Shown: piece by piece, positions 27,661 through 36,624 of the stretch
How the letters are laid out: each line of letters opens with the position of its first letter
How positions within the stretch are numbered: position 1 is the first letter of the stretch
Origin: Patescibacteria group bacterium
GTDB lineage: Bacteria; Patescibacteriota; Patescibacteriia; JAXHNJ01
Assembly (NCBI GenBank): GCA_034520665.1
Contig: JAXHNJ010000001.1
Location: 258,579 to 322,578, forward strand
DNA length: 64,000 nt
Direction of reading: 5' to 3'
Program-made: the position numbers and the translations under genes
Notes under the pieces: model-generated
Told to the model about the DNA's origin: nothing
Databases searched by the model: none
What the model saw: only the letters and a program-made list of their open reading frames with translations

Positions 27661-28005
27661 ATGTATCTAATTTTAAGATTAATTATCAATGCTTTAATTA
27701 TTTTGGGTATTGCTTACTATTTCCCTGGAATTAGTGTTAGCGGTTTTTATTCAGCTTTAATTATTGCTTTAGTTTTGGGTCTAGTTAATGCTTTAATTCG
27801 TCCGATTATTTTAGTCTTAACCCTGCCGGTTAATGTTTTGACCTTGGGTCTTTTTACTTTAATTATTAACGCTTTGCTTTTCTGGTTTGTCTCGACTATT
27901 GTTAAAGGCTTTGAAGTTGACGGTTTTGGCCCGGCTTTTTGGGGAGCGCTGGTCTTGAGTCTTGTTTCCTGGCTGACCAGCAGTTTTATTAAATCAATCA
28001 AATAG
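27661..28005 (+). CDS. YvlD/DUF360 4-TM 'phage holin family' protein
   Basis: LVNALIRPII..LTLP..LTLGLF..INA motif. Confidence 0.85.
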   Translation: MYLILRLIINALIILGIAYYFPGISVSGFYSALIIALVLGLVNALIRPIILVLTLPVNVLTLGLFTLIINALLFWFVSTIVKGFEVDGFGPAFWGALVLSLVSWLTSSFIKSIK

Positions 28006-28021
28006 TTAGATAGTTTAATAT

Positions 28022-29629
28022 ATGAGTATCACGAAAATTATTTTTGAGTTAGCTGGCGGGCTGGCTCTTTTTTTGTATGGCATATTTTTGCTGAGCGAGG
28101 GTTTTCAGAAAATTGCTGGTGACCGTTTACAGAAAATTCTGGAAAAATTTACCAATCGGCCGATTAAAGGCATTGCTTCCGGAGCGGCCGTGACCGCTAT
28201 TATTCAAAGCTCCAGTATTACTACGGTCATCTTGCTTGGCTTTATTAATGCCGGCTTAATAAATTTATCTTCAGCGGCCGGAGTGATTATGGGCGCTAAT
28301 ATTGGCACTACTATTACCGCTCAGATAATATCTTTTGATTTAGAGACCTTATCTCTACCCATTATTGCCATTGGTTTTTTATTTTGGTTTATTAGCCGTA
28401 ATTTGAAGCTTAAATTTTGGGGCCAGGTTTTGCTGGGTTTGGGGCTTTTATTTCTTGGTATGAGTTTAATGTCACACGGAGTCGGGCCCCTAAAAGAAAA
28501 CACGGCTATTTTTGAATGGTTTCTTAATTTAAGCCGTCAGCCAATTTTGTTAGTCTTGATTGGAGCCGCTTTTACCGGTCTAATTCAAAGTTCTAGCGCT
28601 ACTACCGGCTTGGTTATAGTTTTTGCTAAAGAGGGTTTGATTGGCTTGGAGGGCGCTATACCTTTAATTTTAGGGGCTAATATTGGCACTTGTATTACCG
28701 TACTTTTAGCTTCGATTGGTTCGACCAAGAACGCCAAGCGTATGGCCTTGGTTCATTTAGCTTTTAATGTCTCAGGGGCTTTAATTTTTTACCTGATTTT
28801 AAGCTGGTTTATACCGCTGGTGGAAATGACGGCTTCTACCTTAGCTCGTCAGGTAGCCAACGCCCATACTATTTTTAATATAGTTTCCACTTTAATATTA
28901 ATCCCCCTGATTCCCTTGTTAATTAAGTTAGTCAAAAAAGTTATTCCGGGCCAGGAAATAAAAATGGATCATCGGACTAAATTTATTAGTAAATATTTGC
29001 TGGATACACCAAGCATTGCTTTAGGCGAAGCTTTTAAAGAAACCATGCGCATGGCAGATATTTCTCAGGATATGATGGAAAATAGCTACCAGGCTTTTTT
29101 GGATAACCAGCCTAAAAAAGTGGAAATGATAAAAAAGCAAGAAGAAGCGATTGATCATTTTTATGACAAGATAAATAATTATTGCCGCCAGCTTTCGGAA
29201 AGAAATCTTTCCCATGAAGAAACTGAAAAGCTTTCCATGATTGTCCATAATCTTACTGATATTGAGCGGGTGGCTGACCATGTTAATAACATTATCCATA
29301 TTACCAAACACAAATACAAAGGCGAAGTTAATTTTACCGCCACTTCAGTTAAAGAATTAAACGAAATGTTTGAAAAAGCCATTGAGATTTATCAAGACGC
29401 TATTTGTTCCTGGAAAAATAGTGATCAGGAACTGGCCAAAAAAGTTTTGCATGAAGAAGGGGAAATTGACGCTATGGAAAAAAGATTTCGTTTGGCTCAT
29501 ATTGCCCGACTGGAAAAAGGCGAGGCTGATCCGGCTTCGGGGGTTTCCTTTGAAAGTTTATTGGAAAATTTGGAAAGAATTGGCGATCATTCGGACAATA
29601 TTGCTTATTCAGTTATTCACGGCTTTTAA
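28022..29629 (+). CDS. Na/Pi cotransporter family protein with PhoU domains
   Basis: Two QSSS and GANIGT repeats; ERVADH/ERIGDH PhoU motifs. Confidence 0.92.
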   Translation: MSITKIIFELAGGLALFLYGIFLLSEGFQKIAGDRLQKILEKFTNRPIKGIASGAAVTAIIQSSSITTVILLGFINAGLINLSSAAGVIMGANIGTTITAQIISFDLETLSLPIIAIGFLFWFISRNLKLKFWGQVLLGLGLLFLGMSLMSHGVGPLKENTAIFEWFLNLSRQPILLVLIGAAFTGLIQSSSATTGLVIVFAKEGLIGLEGAIPLILGANIGTCITVLLASIGSTKNAKRMALVHLAFNVSGALIFYLILSWFIPLVEMTASTLARQVANAHTIFNIVSTLILIPLIPLLIKLVKKVIPGQEIKMDHRTKFISKYLLDTPSIALGEAFKETMRMADISQDMMENSYQAFLDNQPKKVEMIKKQEEAIDHFYDKINNYCRQLSERNLSHEETEKLSMIVHNLTDIERVADHVNNIIHITKHKYKGEVNFTATSVKELNEMFEKAIEIYQDAICSWKNSDQELAKKVLHEEGEIDAMEKRFRLAHIARLEKGEADPASGVSFESLLENLERIGDHSDNIAYSVIHGF

Positions 29630-29681
29630 ATTTTATTTAATAAGTGTTATTATAAATTAGTAATCATTAAATAATAATTTT

Positions 29682-29906
29682 ATGACTATTGATTTTAACG
29701 ACGATATTGTCGATCAAGACGGTTACATGAAACATTTTAGCTATAGTGAGCGTATGAAAAAACTTTATCCGATTATGAAAGAGGCTAAGCAAAAACACAA
29801 AAAAATGAAGGAAACTTTTAAGATTAACGGACGAACTATTCAGTTTATTGTGGATAAGGATGGCACTGGTGTGCTGCGCAAAAAACCAATGACGGGCTGG
29901 TTTTAG
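29682..29906 (+). CDS. hypothetical protein
   Basis: 74-aa ORF. Confidence 0.55.
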   Translation: MTIDFNDDIVDQDGYMKHFSYSERMKKLYPIMKEAKQKHKKMKETFKINGRTIQFIVDKDGTGVLRKKPMTGWF

Positions 29907-30184
29907 GAGAATCTTAAAAGCCGTAATAGCCGTAGAGCCATAAAAGCCTTAAAACCTTATTGAATAGGGGATAGCCTCTTATTTTTAGGCTGTTTTTATT
30001 ATTTTTTTTGCCACTTGTTTAACTTTATTCATAATAAACTTATTTACAAGCCGAAGCTCCGAGCAAAGTGAGGAGCGAAGACTTGACGTTCGCCCGTTCG
30101 ACCAGGCTCAGGACGATTTAAATATTAGACATTTGTATTTATTTAATTAATTTGGCTGTAAAATAGGTATTTTTTTAATATCTA

Positions 30185-30213
30185 TTGACGTTCGCTTTTT
30201 GTTCGTGTATAAT
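30185..30213 (+). promoter_or_regulatory. lexA promoter with GTTC-N7-GTTC direct repeat (candidate SOS box)
   Basis: TTGACG-17-TATAAT with GTTCgctttttGTTC (30190-30204) in the spacer. Confidence 0.65.
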
Positions 30214-30249
30214 GAATATGGTTGTGGATAATTATTAATTTTTAAATCT

Positions 30250-30861
30250 ATGGCGGAATTAACCAAAAAACAGCAAGATATACTAAATTACGTAGTCAAT
30301 TATATTCAAGACCATGAATACAGTCCTTCTTTTCAGGAAATTGGCCAGAATTTTGGCCTGTCTTCCAAAGCCACGGTTTCAGCCCATGTTCACGCCTTGA
30401 TAAAAAAAGGTTATTTAAGAAAGGTCAAGGGCTTAGCTCGGTCTTTAAACCTGACTAAAAAAGTTTATCAGCAGGGCCAGGCCGTGCAGCTGCCGCTTTT
30501 GGGCTTGATCGCCGCGGGTGAGCCAATTGAAGCTATTGAAGATAATGAAATGGTTTCTGTACCGGCCGGGGTGGTGCAGGACGCCAACTCTTATGTTTTA
30601 AAAGTAAAAGGGCAGTCCATGATTGAAGAAGGTATACTGGATGGTGATTATGTGGTAGTGGAAAGGAATTTTTATCCGCAAAACGGAGACGTGGTAGTGG
30701 CTTTGCTGGATAATGAATATGCCACCTTGAAAAAATATTTTCGTGAGAAAAACCGCATTCGCCTGCAGCCGGCTAATAAAACCATGAAACCAATTTTTGC
30801 CAAGAATCCGGCTATCCAGGGCATTGTCCGGGGCATTTACCGGGTCTTTTCTCATGCGTAA
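30250..30861 (+). CDS. lexA: LexA repressor
   Basis: LTKKQ..wHTH, IAAGEP cleavage site, GQSM (Ser), TLK (Lys). Confidence 0.95.
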   Translation: MAELTKKQQDILNYVVNYIQDHEYSPSFQEIGQNFGLSSKATVSAHVHALIKKGYLRKVKGLARSLNLTKKVYQQGQAVQLPLLGLIAAGEPIEAIEDNEMVSVPAGVVQDANSYVLKVKGQSMIEEGILDGDYVVVERNFYPQNGDVVVALLDNEYATLKKYFREKNRIRLQPANKTMKPIFAKNPAIQGIVRGIYRVFSHA

Positions 30862-30919
30862 AGGAAATATAAAGGAAACAGGAAGTGGCAAGACTGAAAA
30901 GTATTATTAATAATCTTTC

Positions 30920-31851
30920 ATGAAAAAATATAATCTTAAGAACCAAGTTCATTTCATCACTATTAATACATATAAAAAATACTGGCTTTTTAAGAAAGAA
31001 AATCTTTGCCAAATAGTAATTGATAATCTAAATTTTTACCGCCGTAAATTTAGTTTTAAATTATTGGGTTACGTAATTATGCCTAATCATCTACATTTAT
31101 TAATCCAATTAAATAAAAAATATAATGATATTTCAAAGGTAATGAGGGATTTTAAGAAATTTACAAGTGTTCAAATTATAAAGCAGTTAATAAAAGAAAA
31201 TGAAAAAGATTTACTTAAGAAATTTTCTATGACTGGAAAAATTTTTAATTATCCCTCTACTCTGGGTACTGCCCGATCCTCAGATCGGGCCGGCTTTCCA
31301 GCTGAAGGCCGAATCTGAGGATTCGGCCTACCCGACTAGTTTTAGAAAGAAGAGAAAATATTCAGTCTGGATGAATGATTTTTACGACTTTAACATCTAT
31401 TCCGAGAATCTTCTACTCTGGGTACTGCCCGATCCTCAGATCGGGCCGGCTTTCCAGCCGAATCTGAGGATTCGGCTTACCCGACTAGTTTTAGAAGGAA
31501 GAGAAAATATTCAGTCTGGATGAATGATTTTTACGATTTTAATATCTATTCCGAGAATTTTCTACTCTGGGTACTGCCCGATCCTCAGATCGGGCTAGTC
31601 TCTCGGCCGAATCTGAGGATTCGGACTACCCGACTAGTTTTAGAAAGAAAAGAAAATATTCAGTCTGGATGAATAATTTTTACGACTTTAATATCTATTC
31701 CGAGAATAAACTAGAGCAAAAACTTAATTATATTCATAATAATCCAGTCAAAGCCAAGATAGTTAAAAAACCTGAGGATTATAAATGGTCTTCTTACAGA
31801 AATTATTATTTGGATGATGATTCAATAATAGAAATTAATCAGTTATTTTAA
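30920..31851 (+). pseudogene. REP-associated tyrosine transposase (RAYT/Y1), disrupted by tandem REP-doublet repeats
   Basis: HFITINT, YVIMPNHLHLL (HUH) in 30920-31318; YIHNNPVKA..WSS in 31669-31851. Confidence 0.85.
31256..31707. repeat. 3 x ~150-bp tandem repeat, each containing an inverted REP doublet
   Basis: Units start 31256, 31412, 31561; GCCCGATCCTCAGATCGGGC and GCCGAATCTGAGGATTCGGC-CTAC. Confidence 0.9.
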
Positions 31852-31895
31852 ATAATTTAAATTCTTAAAATATGGTATTACTAAATATTATTTCT

Positions 31896-32119
31896 GGGTA
31901 GGCGAAAGCCCTCGCTTTTGCCATACTTTGATGCTTAAAACATTTTCTATGACTGGCAAAATTTTTAATTATCTCTCTACTCTGGGTACTGCCCGATCCT
32001 CAGATTGGGCCGGCTTTCCAGCCGAATCTGAGGATTCGGCCTACCCGACTAGTTTTAGAAAGAAAAGAAAATATTCAGTCTGGATGAATGATTTTTACGA
32101 TTTTAATATCTATTCCGAG
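31896..32119. repeat. GTAG-type REP plus a fourth copy of the RAYT internal segment
   Basis: GGGTAGGCGAAAGCCCTCGCTTTTGCC; 31943-32119 matches 31223-31406. Confidence 0.8.
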
Positions 32120-32160
32120 CATAAATTTAATAATAGAAATTAATAGACTATAAAAAAAAC

Positions 32161-32409
32161 ATGCACGAAAAAATTAACGAGCCAATAAAAGTTCTAGCTT
32201 CTTTTTTAAAAGGGCAGGTTAGTCCGCTTTCTTTTGTTTGGCAGGGCCGGCGCTATAATCCGACTAAAATTAATTTGGTTCATTCAGAGAGAAAAGGTAA
32301 AGGAAAAATTTATTATTTTTCGGTTTCCGATAATTCTAATTTTTACCGGCTGGCTTTTAATAATGAAAATCTTAACTGGCGCTTGATGGAAATATATTCG
32401 CAAAATTAA
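32161..32409 (+). CDS. small conserved protein between lexA and dinB (DUF6504-like)
   Basis: P..F.WQGRRY..YYFSV..W.L pattern, typical of mutagenesis-cassette accessory ORFs. Confidence 0.65.
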   Translation: MHEKINEPIKVLASFLKGQVSPLSFVWQGRRYNPTKINLVHSERKGKGKIYYFSVSDNSNFYRLAFNNENLNWRLMEIYSQN

Positions 32410-32420
32410 ATTTTTTAGAT

Positions 32421-32615
32421 AAAAAAAGACCCGGACAACAAACAGGTCTCATAATAATGAAAAGATTTGTCGTCCGGGTTCCCCACATCAAGAAAGAGAA
32501 AATATGAGGGGCAAATTTCCCGTGCCCAGCAGTTTATAGCTCGGCGAACGCCGGCTAAACACGGACGAAAATTCGCCCCCTAGCTCTCTTTCAATAAAAA
32601 TTATTTTAAAAAGGG
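32421..32615 (-). ncRNA. candidate structured ncRNA C
   Basis: TTGACA(32645-50)-16-TAAAAT; long stem GAAAGAGAG..GGGGCGAATTTTCGT/ACGGGAAATTTGCCCC..TTTCTCTTTC; terminator ACCCGGACGACAAA/TTTGTTGTCCGGGT+U. Confidence 0.55.
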
Positions 32616-32885
32616 CAAAGTAATTTTATACAAAATAATAATTTTGTCAAGTATTTTTTGGCTACCAAGCTTATTTTTGGCTAATATTAGTTTATTAATA
32701 TCTAAATTCTAAACAAATTTTAAATTACAATATTTTAAACTATAAATTATTTTGATTTTTCGAGAATAGAACCAAATACTTTCATAAGTTTTGTAGATTC
32801 GTTGATTAGTATATTTTTTTTCTCCCACTTGTTGATTTATAGGATTAGTTAACCTTTTTATTATCAACAAAAAGATATCTCAAAA

Positions 32886-33182
32886 ATTATCTTACACATT
32901 GATATGAATAGCTATTTTGCTTCTTGTGAACAGCCCCGCACCACTTCTCTTCGGCGCTCAGAGTTGGATGCGGGACGAAGTTTAATTAATTTTATATTTT
33001 TATGACTTCGATTATCTTACATATTGACATGAACAGCTATTTTGCTTCCTGTGAGCAGCCCCGCACCAATTCCTCGTTTTACTCGGAACGATGCGGGACG
33101 AAGTTTAATTAATTTTATATTTTCATGACTTCGATTATCTTACACATTGATATGAACAGCTATTTTGCTTCTTGTGAACAGC
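32886..33182 (+). repeat. triplicated dinB 5' end separated by CCCGCA..TGCGGG palindromic elements
   Basis: IILHIDMNSYFASCEQ coding segment occurs three times, period ~123 bp. Confidence 0.9.
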
Positions 33183-34330
33183 AAGCTAATCCTTTTTTAC
33201 GGGGTAGACCGGTCGGAGTTTGCGCTTATTTGTCAGAGCAGGGTTGTATTATTGCTTCGTCCATTGAAGCTAAAAAAAAAGGAGTGAAAACTGGCTGTCG
33301 CGTCAAGGAAGCCAAGCAGCTTTGTCCAGATATTTTTTTAATGGAAAACGAGCCGGCTAAATACCGCAGTATTACTAAAAAAATTTTCTCTATTCTAGCC
33401 GAATATACCGATAAACTAGAGCCTTACAGTATTGACGAGGCTTTTTTAGATCTCACTGGTTGGTCTAAAAACTTTAAACAAGCTAAAGAAAAAGCTAAAG
33501 AAATTAAAGATCGAATAAAGAACGAAGTCGGGGACTGGCTCAAAGCCTCGGTCGGTCTTTCTTACACCCGCTGGCTGGCCAAATTTGCTTCAGACCAGGC
33601 CGATAAAGATAGTATTTTAATAATAAAGAAAGATAATTTAGATAAATTTTTAAAAAGACCCTTAACCAGTGCTTGGGGTATTAATTACCGACTGGAGAGT
33701 AGACTAAAATCTTTGGGTATTTTTAATTTGCTCGATTTAAAAAAATATCCAGTAGCTAATCTAATGCAAGTTCTGGGTCGGCCTGGCTATTATCTCTGGG
33801 CTAATGTTAACGGTCTACCGACAGAAAAAGTAAAAAAACAAAAAGAGCCTAAATCAGTCGGTCATAGCTATTGTTTATACCAAAAATCAAAGGATATCGA
33901 TTATTTATCTTCAGTTTTGCTCAAGCTTTGCGAAAAAACCGGCCGCCGCCTGCGGCTTTTGGAAAAAGAGGCTCACTCAATCAGCTTTGGCTTAAGATTT
34001 AAAAACGGCGGCGGCCTTCATCAGGTAAAGAGAATTAAAAATGGTCTTTTTACCACCAAAAGTATTTTTCGAACTGCTTTAAAGATTATGTCAAAAATTC
34101 ATCTTTATGAAGAAGTTTCTTTTCTAGCCATATCAGTTTCGCACCTGTGGTCAATCAGCCGGCAAATGTCTCTTTTTAAAGATAATCTTAAAGAAAAAGA
34201 GATAAGCTTGGCTATGGACAAAATTAATGATCAATACGGCCAGTACTTGGTTTACTGGGGGAGTATGCACGGCACTGATAAAGTGGCCCGCGACCGCATT
34301 GGCTTTCGTAAAACTGTTAATACAAATTAA
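33125..34330 (+). CDS. dinB: DNA polymerase IV / Y-family polymerase
   Basis: HIDMNSYFAS, SIDEAFLD, LAKFAS. Confidence 0.93.
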   Translation: MTSIILHIDMNSYFASCEQQANPFLRGRPVGVCAYLSEQGCIIASSIEAKKKGVKTGCRVKEAKQLCPDIFLMENEPAKYRSITKKIFSILAEYTDKLEPYSIDEAFLDLTGWSKNFKQAKEKAKEIKDRIKNEVGDWLKASVGLSYTRWLAKFASDQADKDSILIIKKDNLDKFLKRPLTSAWGINYRLESRLKSLGIFNLLDLKKYPVANLMQVLGRPGYYLWANVNGLPTEKVKKQKEPKSVGHSYCLYQKSKDIDYLSSVLLKLCEKTGRRLRLLEKEAHSISFGLRFKNGGGLHQVKRIKNGLFTTKSIFRTALKIMSKIHLYEEVSFLAISVSHLWSISRQMSLFKDNLKEKEISLAMDKINDQYGQYLVYWGSMHGTDKVARDRIGFRKTVNTN

Positions 34331-34365
34331 GAAGCGGGTAAACTTTAAATTAAAAAACTATCAAA

Positions 34366-34416
34366 TAGGACATTTCTAAATAATTCAAAGTAGGACATTT
34401 CTAGCTCACCTTTACA
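34366..34416 (-). mobile_element. orphan IS end (IS1202/ISNCY-like)
   Basis: Minus strand TGTAAAG..TAGAAATGTCCTA twice at 25-bp spacing; no transposase adjacent. Confidence 0.4.
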
Positions 34417-34432
34417 TGAGTATTATTTTTTC

Positions 34433-34614
34433 TTGACAAAAAACAAGGGAGTGATATAATTAAGTGGTAATCAAGCCGTCGGTAACACAATAGCCGTCGG
34501 ATAAAAATAAAAAGAAAAATCAAAACATAAAAATTTGTCCATTAAAATCGGAGGAAAGAGAAAATTAGCTTAGCGCCGTCGGAATTAAGCGCCGTCGTGA
34601 TAAAGTGTGGATAA
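34433..34614 (+). promoter_or_regulatory. promoter, four GCCGTCG repeats and a DnaA box upstream of ssb
   Basis: TTGACA-16-TATAAT (34433-34460); GCCGTCG x4; TGTGGATAA 34606-34614. Confidence 0.5.
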
Positions 34615-34784
34615 ATTTACTTATTATTAAAAATATTATGAATAACTTAAAAAAATTTATTATTTATATAATCACTGGTCTTATTAAAGACATTATATTT
34701 ATTAACCAAACACCTCTTAATTTATAAAAGAGGTGTTTTTGTTTTTTAAAACAAAGTTGGTGGCTTAGCAAAAAGGAAAAAAAT

Positions 34785-35183
34785 ATGGATGTAAACAAAG
34801 TAACCTTGCTGGGTAATCTAACCAAAGATCCCGGCGCCAAGAAACTTTCATCTGGTCAAACAATTTCATTTTTTGACCTGGCCACTAACTATTCCTGGAA
34901 AGACGTTAAAACTAAGCAGAAAAAGGATTCTGTGGAGTATCATCATGTCTTAGCCTGGGGTAAACTAGCTGAAATTATTAAAAAGTATCTGAAAAAAGGC
35001 TCTCGAGTCTATTTAGAAGGCCGTTTGCAGCATAAGTCCTGGAAAGACAAAAAAGGTAATTTTCAAAACAAGACTAATGTGGTGACTGATAACCTGATTA
35101 TGCTCGGTCATAACGGCAAGAAAGGAGCTGAAATGACTAAAGAAGACATTGATGTTGATGAAATAAAAGTGGATGAAGATTAA
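34785..35183 (+). CDS. ssb: single-stranded DNA-binding protein
   Basis: NKVTLLGNLTKDP, ATN, KGSRVYLEGRL; acidic tail lacking the DDIPF end. Confidence 0.92.
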   Translation: MDVNKVTLLGNLTKDPGAKKLSSGQTISFFDLATNYSWKDVKTKQKKDSVEYHHVLAWGKLAEIIKKYLKKGSRVYLEGRLQHKSWKDKKGNFQNKTNVVTDNLIMLGHNGKKGAEMTKEDIDVDEIKVDED

Positions 35184-35215
35184 ATTTATACGGGTCTGAT
35201 GATTTATCATCGGAC

Positions 35216-35340
35216 CTCCACTTCTGCACACATTGGGGCGATAAGCATTTTGCTCTTAAAAAATTAACAAATTAAGTTTAAGCCACCAAAATTTGTCTAT
35301 AAAAATGTTTATTTGATTTTCCGTGTGTGCGGAGGTGGGG
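35216..35340 (+). ncRNA. candidate long-hairpin ncRNA
   Basis: 17-bp closing stem with G-U pairs on the + strand, plus inner stems ATAAGCATTTT/AAAATGTTTAT and ACAAATT/AATTTGT. Confidence 0.45.
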
Positions 35341-35433
35341 GGACGTTAGAGACATTATACATAATCTAAAAAATAATTAGCCGGCCTATGTTTGGCCACA
35401 AATCGCTCTTTAAACCTTATAAGGAGGTGTAAA

Positions 35434-35604
35434 ATGGGAAAGAAGATAAAGCATGTTCCTGAAAATCTACTCGAGCAGGCAACTAATGATACCATGGGTG
35501 TTTCCAAAGATAACCGCGGTTATTGGAAGGGAACAAACACTGATACTGGTAAGACTGCCACTGGTAAATCAGCTGAAGAGATTAGCGATAAACTCGATGA
35601 TTAA
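35434..35604 (+). CDS. small hypothetical protein
   Basis: AGGAGGTG RBS before ATG 35434. Confidence 0.65.
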   Translation: MGKKIKHVPENLLEQATNDTMGVSKDNRGYWKGTNTDTGKTATGKSAEEISDKLDD

Positions 35605-35729
35605 TTCATTTCCTAGTTCCGGGCAGTTATTATTTTTTTAATTGCTGCTCGGACATTTTTTTAAAATAGTAATTTTAGTATTTTGTAGATTAACGTTTTT
35701 TATGCGTAATCTCTATCTTTTTTAAAAAT

Positions 35730-36239
35730 ATGACTAAAATACTATACGAACCCAAAAAAGACTTAAAAAATTGGCTAAGAATAAAAGATAAATATCCAGA
35801 AAGTTTTACAATTACAAAGCATTATCCTTTTGATAAAGATATTATTTTAAAAAAAGAAAATTTTAGGAAAATTTTATCTTCCATTAGCAAAACTAAAACA
35901 AAGTACTTTAATATTCAGGCAAAAATAATAAAAAAAACTTGGCAGACTAGAGAAGATAAAATTATTAATAAAATTACTGATTATTTAAGTTTTCCTTTTA
36001 GTAAAATTGATTTTAAAGCTAATTTAACCACAGCTTATTTAATGCCTTATGATTATAAAGATAAATGGTTTATGATTCCCACTCACAAAGGCATTGAAGA
36101 TCAGATTCTATGTTTAATTCACGAACTTTTTCATTTATATCAGGTTAAAAAAAATCCAAATATGAACGAGGTAAAAAAAGAAAAAGAAGTAAAAGATTTT
36201 TTAAAAAATATTAGAAAAAGTGATCATTTCAAAAAATAA
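35730..36239 (+). CDS. hypothetical HExxH protein
   Basis: LIHELFH. Confidence 0.65.
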   Translation: MTKILYEPKKDLKNWLRIKDKYPESFTITKHYPFDKDIILKKENFRKILSSISKTKTKYFNIQAKIIKKTWQTREDKIINKITDYLSFPFSKIDFKANLTTAYLMPYDYKDKWFMIPTHKGIEDQILCLIHELFHLYQVKKNPNMNEVKKEKEVKDFLKNIRKSDHFKK

Positions 36240-36446
36240 AAAAGAGGAAAGTGGCTATACAATCCTCAGCCTTTACGGCTCCACAATTCCTCAGGGGTTA
36301 TGAGCCCCTACTATTCGAGTTTTTCTCCTTATAGGAATTGTTTTAGGTGGTTAAAAATACCTATTGGGTGAGTTAGAAAGCTGTCTGCACCTTTCTAATC
36401 TAACAAAGATTTATAAGCCACTTTCCATCTGGTTGTTCAAAGTGCC
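36240..36446 (-). ncRNA. candidate multibranched ncRNA D
   Basis: TTGACA(36476-81)-17-TAAATT; closing stem GGAAAGTGGCT/AGCCACTTTCC; several internal hairpins. Confidence 0.55.
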
Positions 36447-36624
36447 ATTATTAATTTATATTTTTTGACTTATGTTGTCAAGTATAATTGAGGAGGTGAT
36501 ATCTTTGAACAAAAAAGACTATCTTATATTGATAGTCAATAAATTTCCTAGCTTGGGTAAGTATCTGTCTATTTACCCAAGCCAAATCATGAACCTTAGC
36601 TCTTTGAAAAGGAGGTGAAAAAAG

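Noticed and set aside
27661-28005. Prophage, suggested by the holin-family label
   Set aside because: YvlD-type proteins are common chromosomal genes; no phage structural or lysis genes nearby.
31256-31707. CRISPR array
   Set aside because: Units are ~150 bp with near-identical intervening sequence that encodes transposase; no unique spacers and no cas genes.
32886-33182. DGR template/variable repeats or retron
   Set aside because: Differences are C/T and A/G synonymous changes rather than adenine-specific, and no reverse transcriptase is present.
29849-34614. Replication origin from three TGTGGATAA boxes
   Set aside because: The boxes are dispersed over 5 kb, one lies inside an ORF, and dnaA/dnaN are absent.
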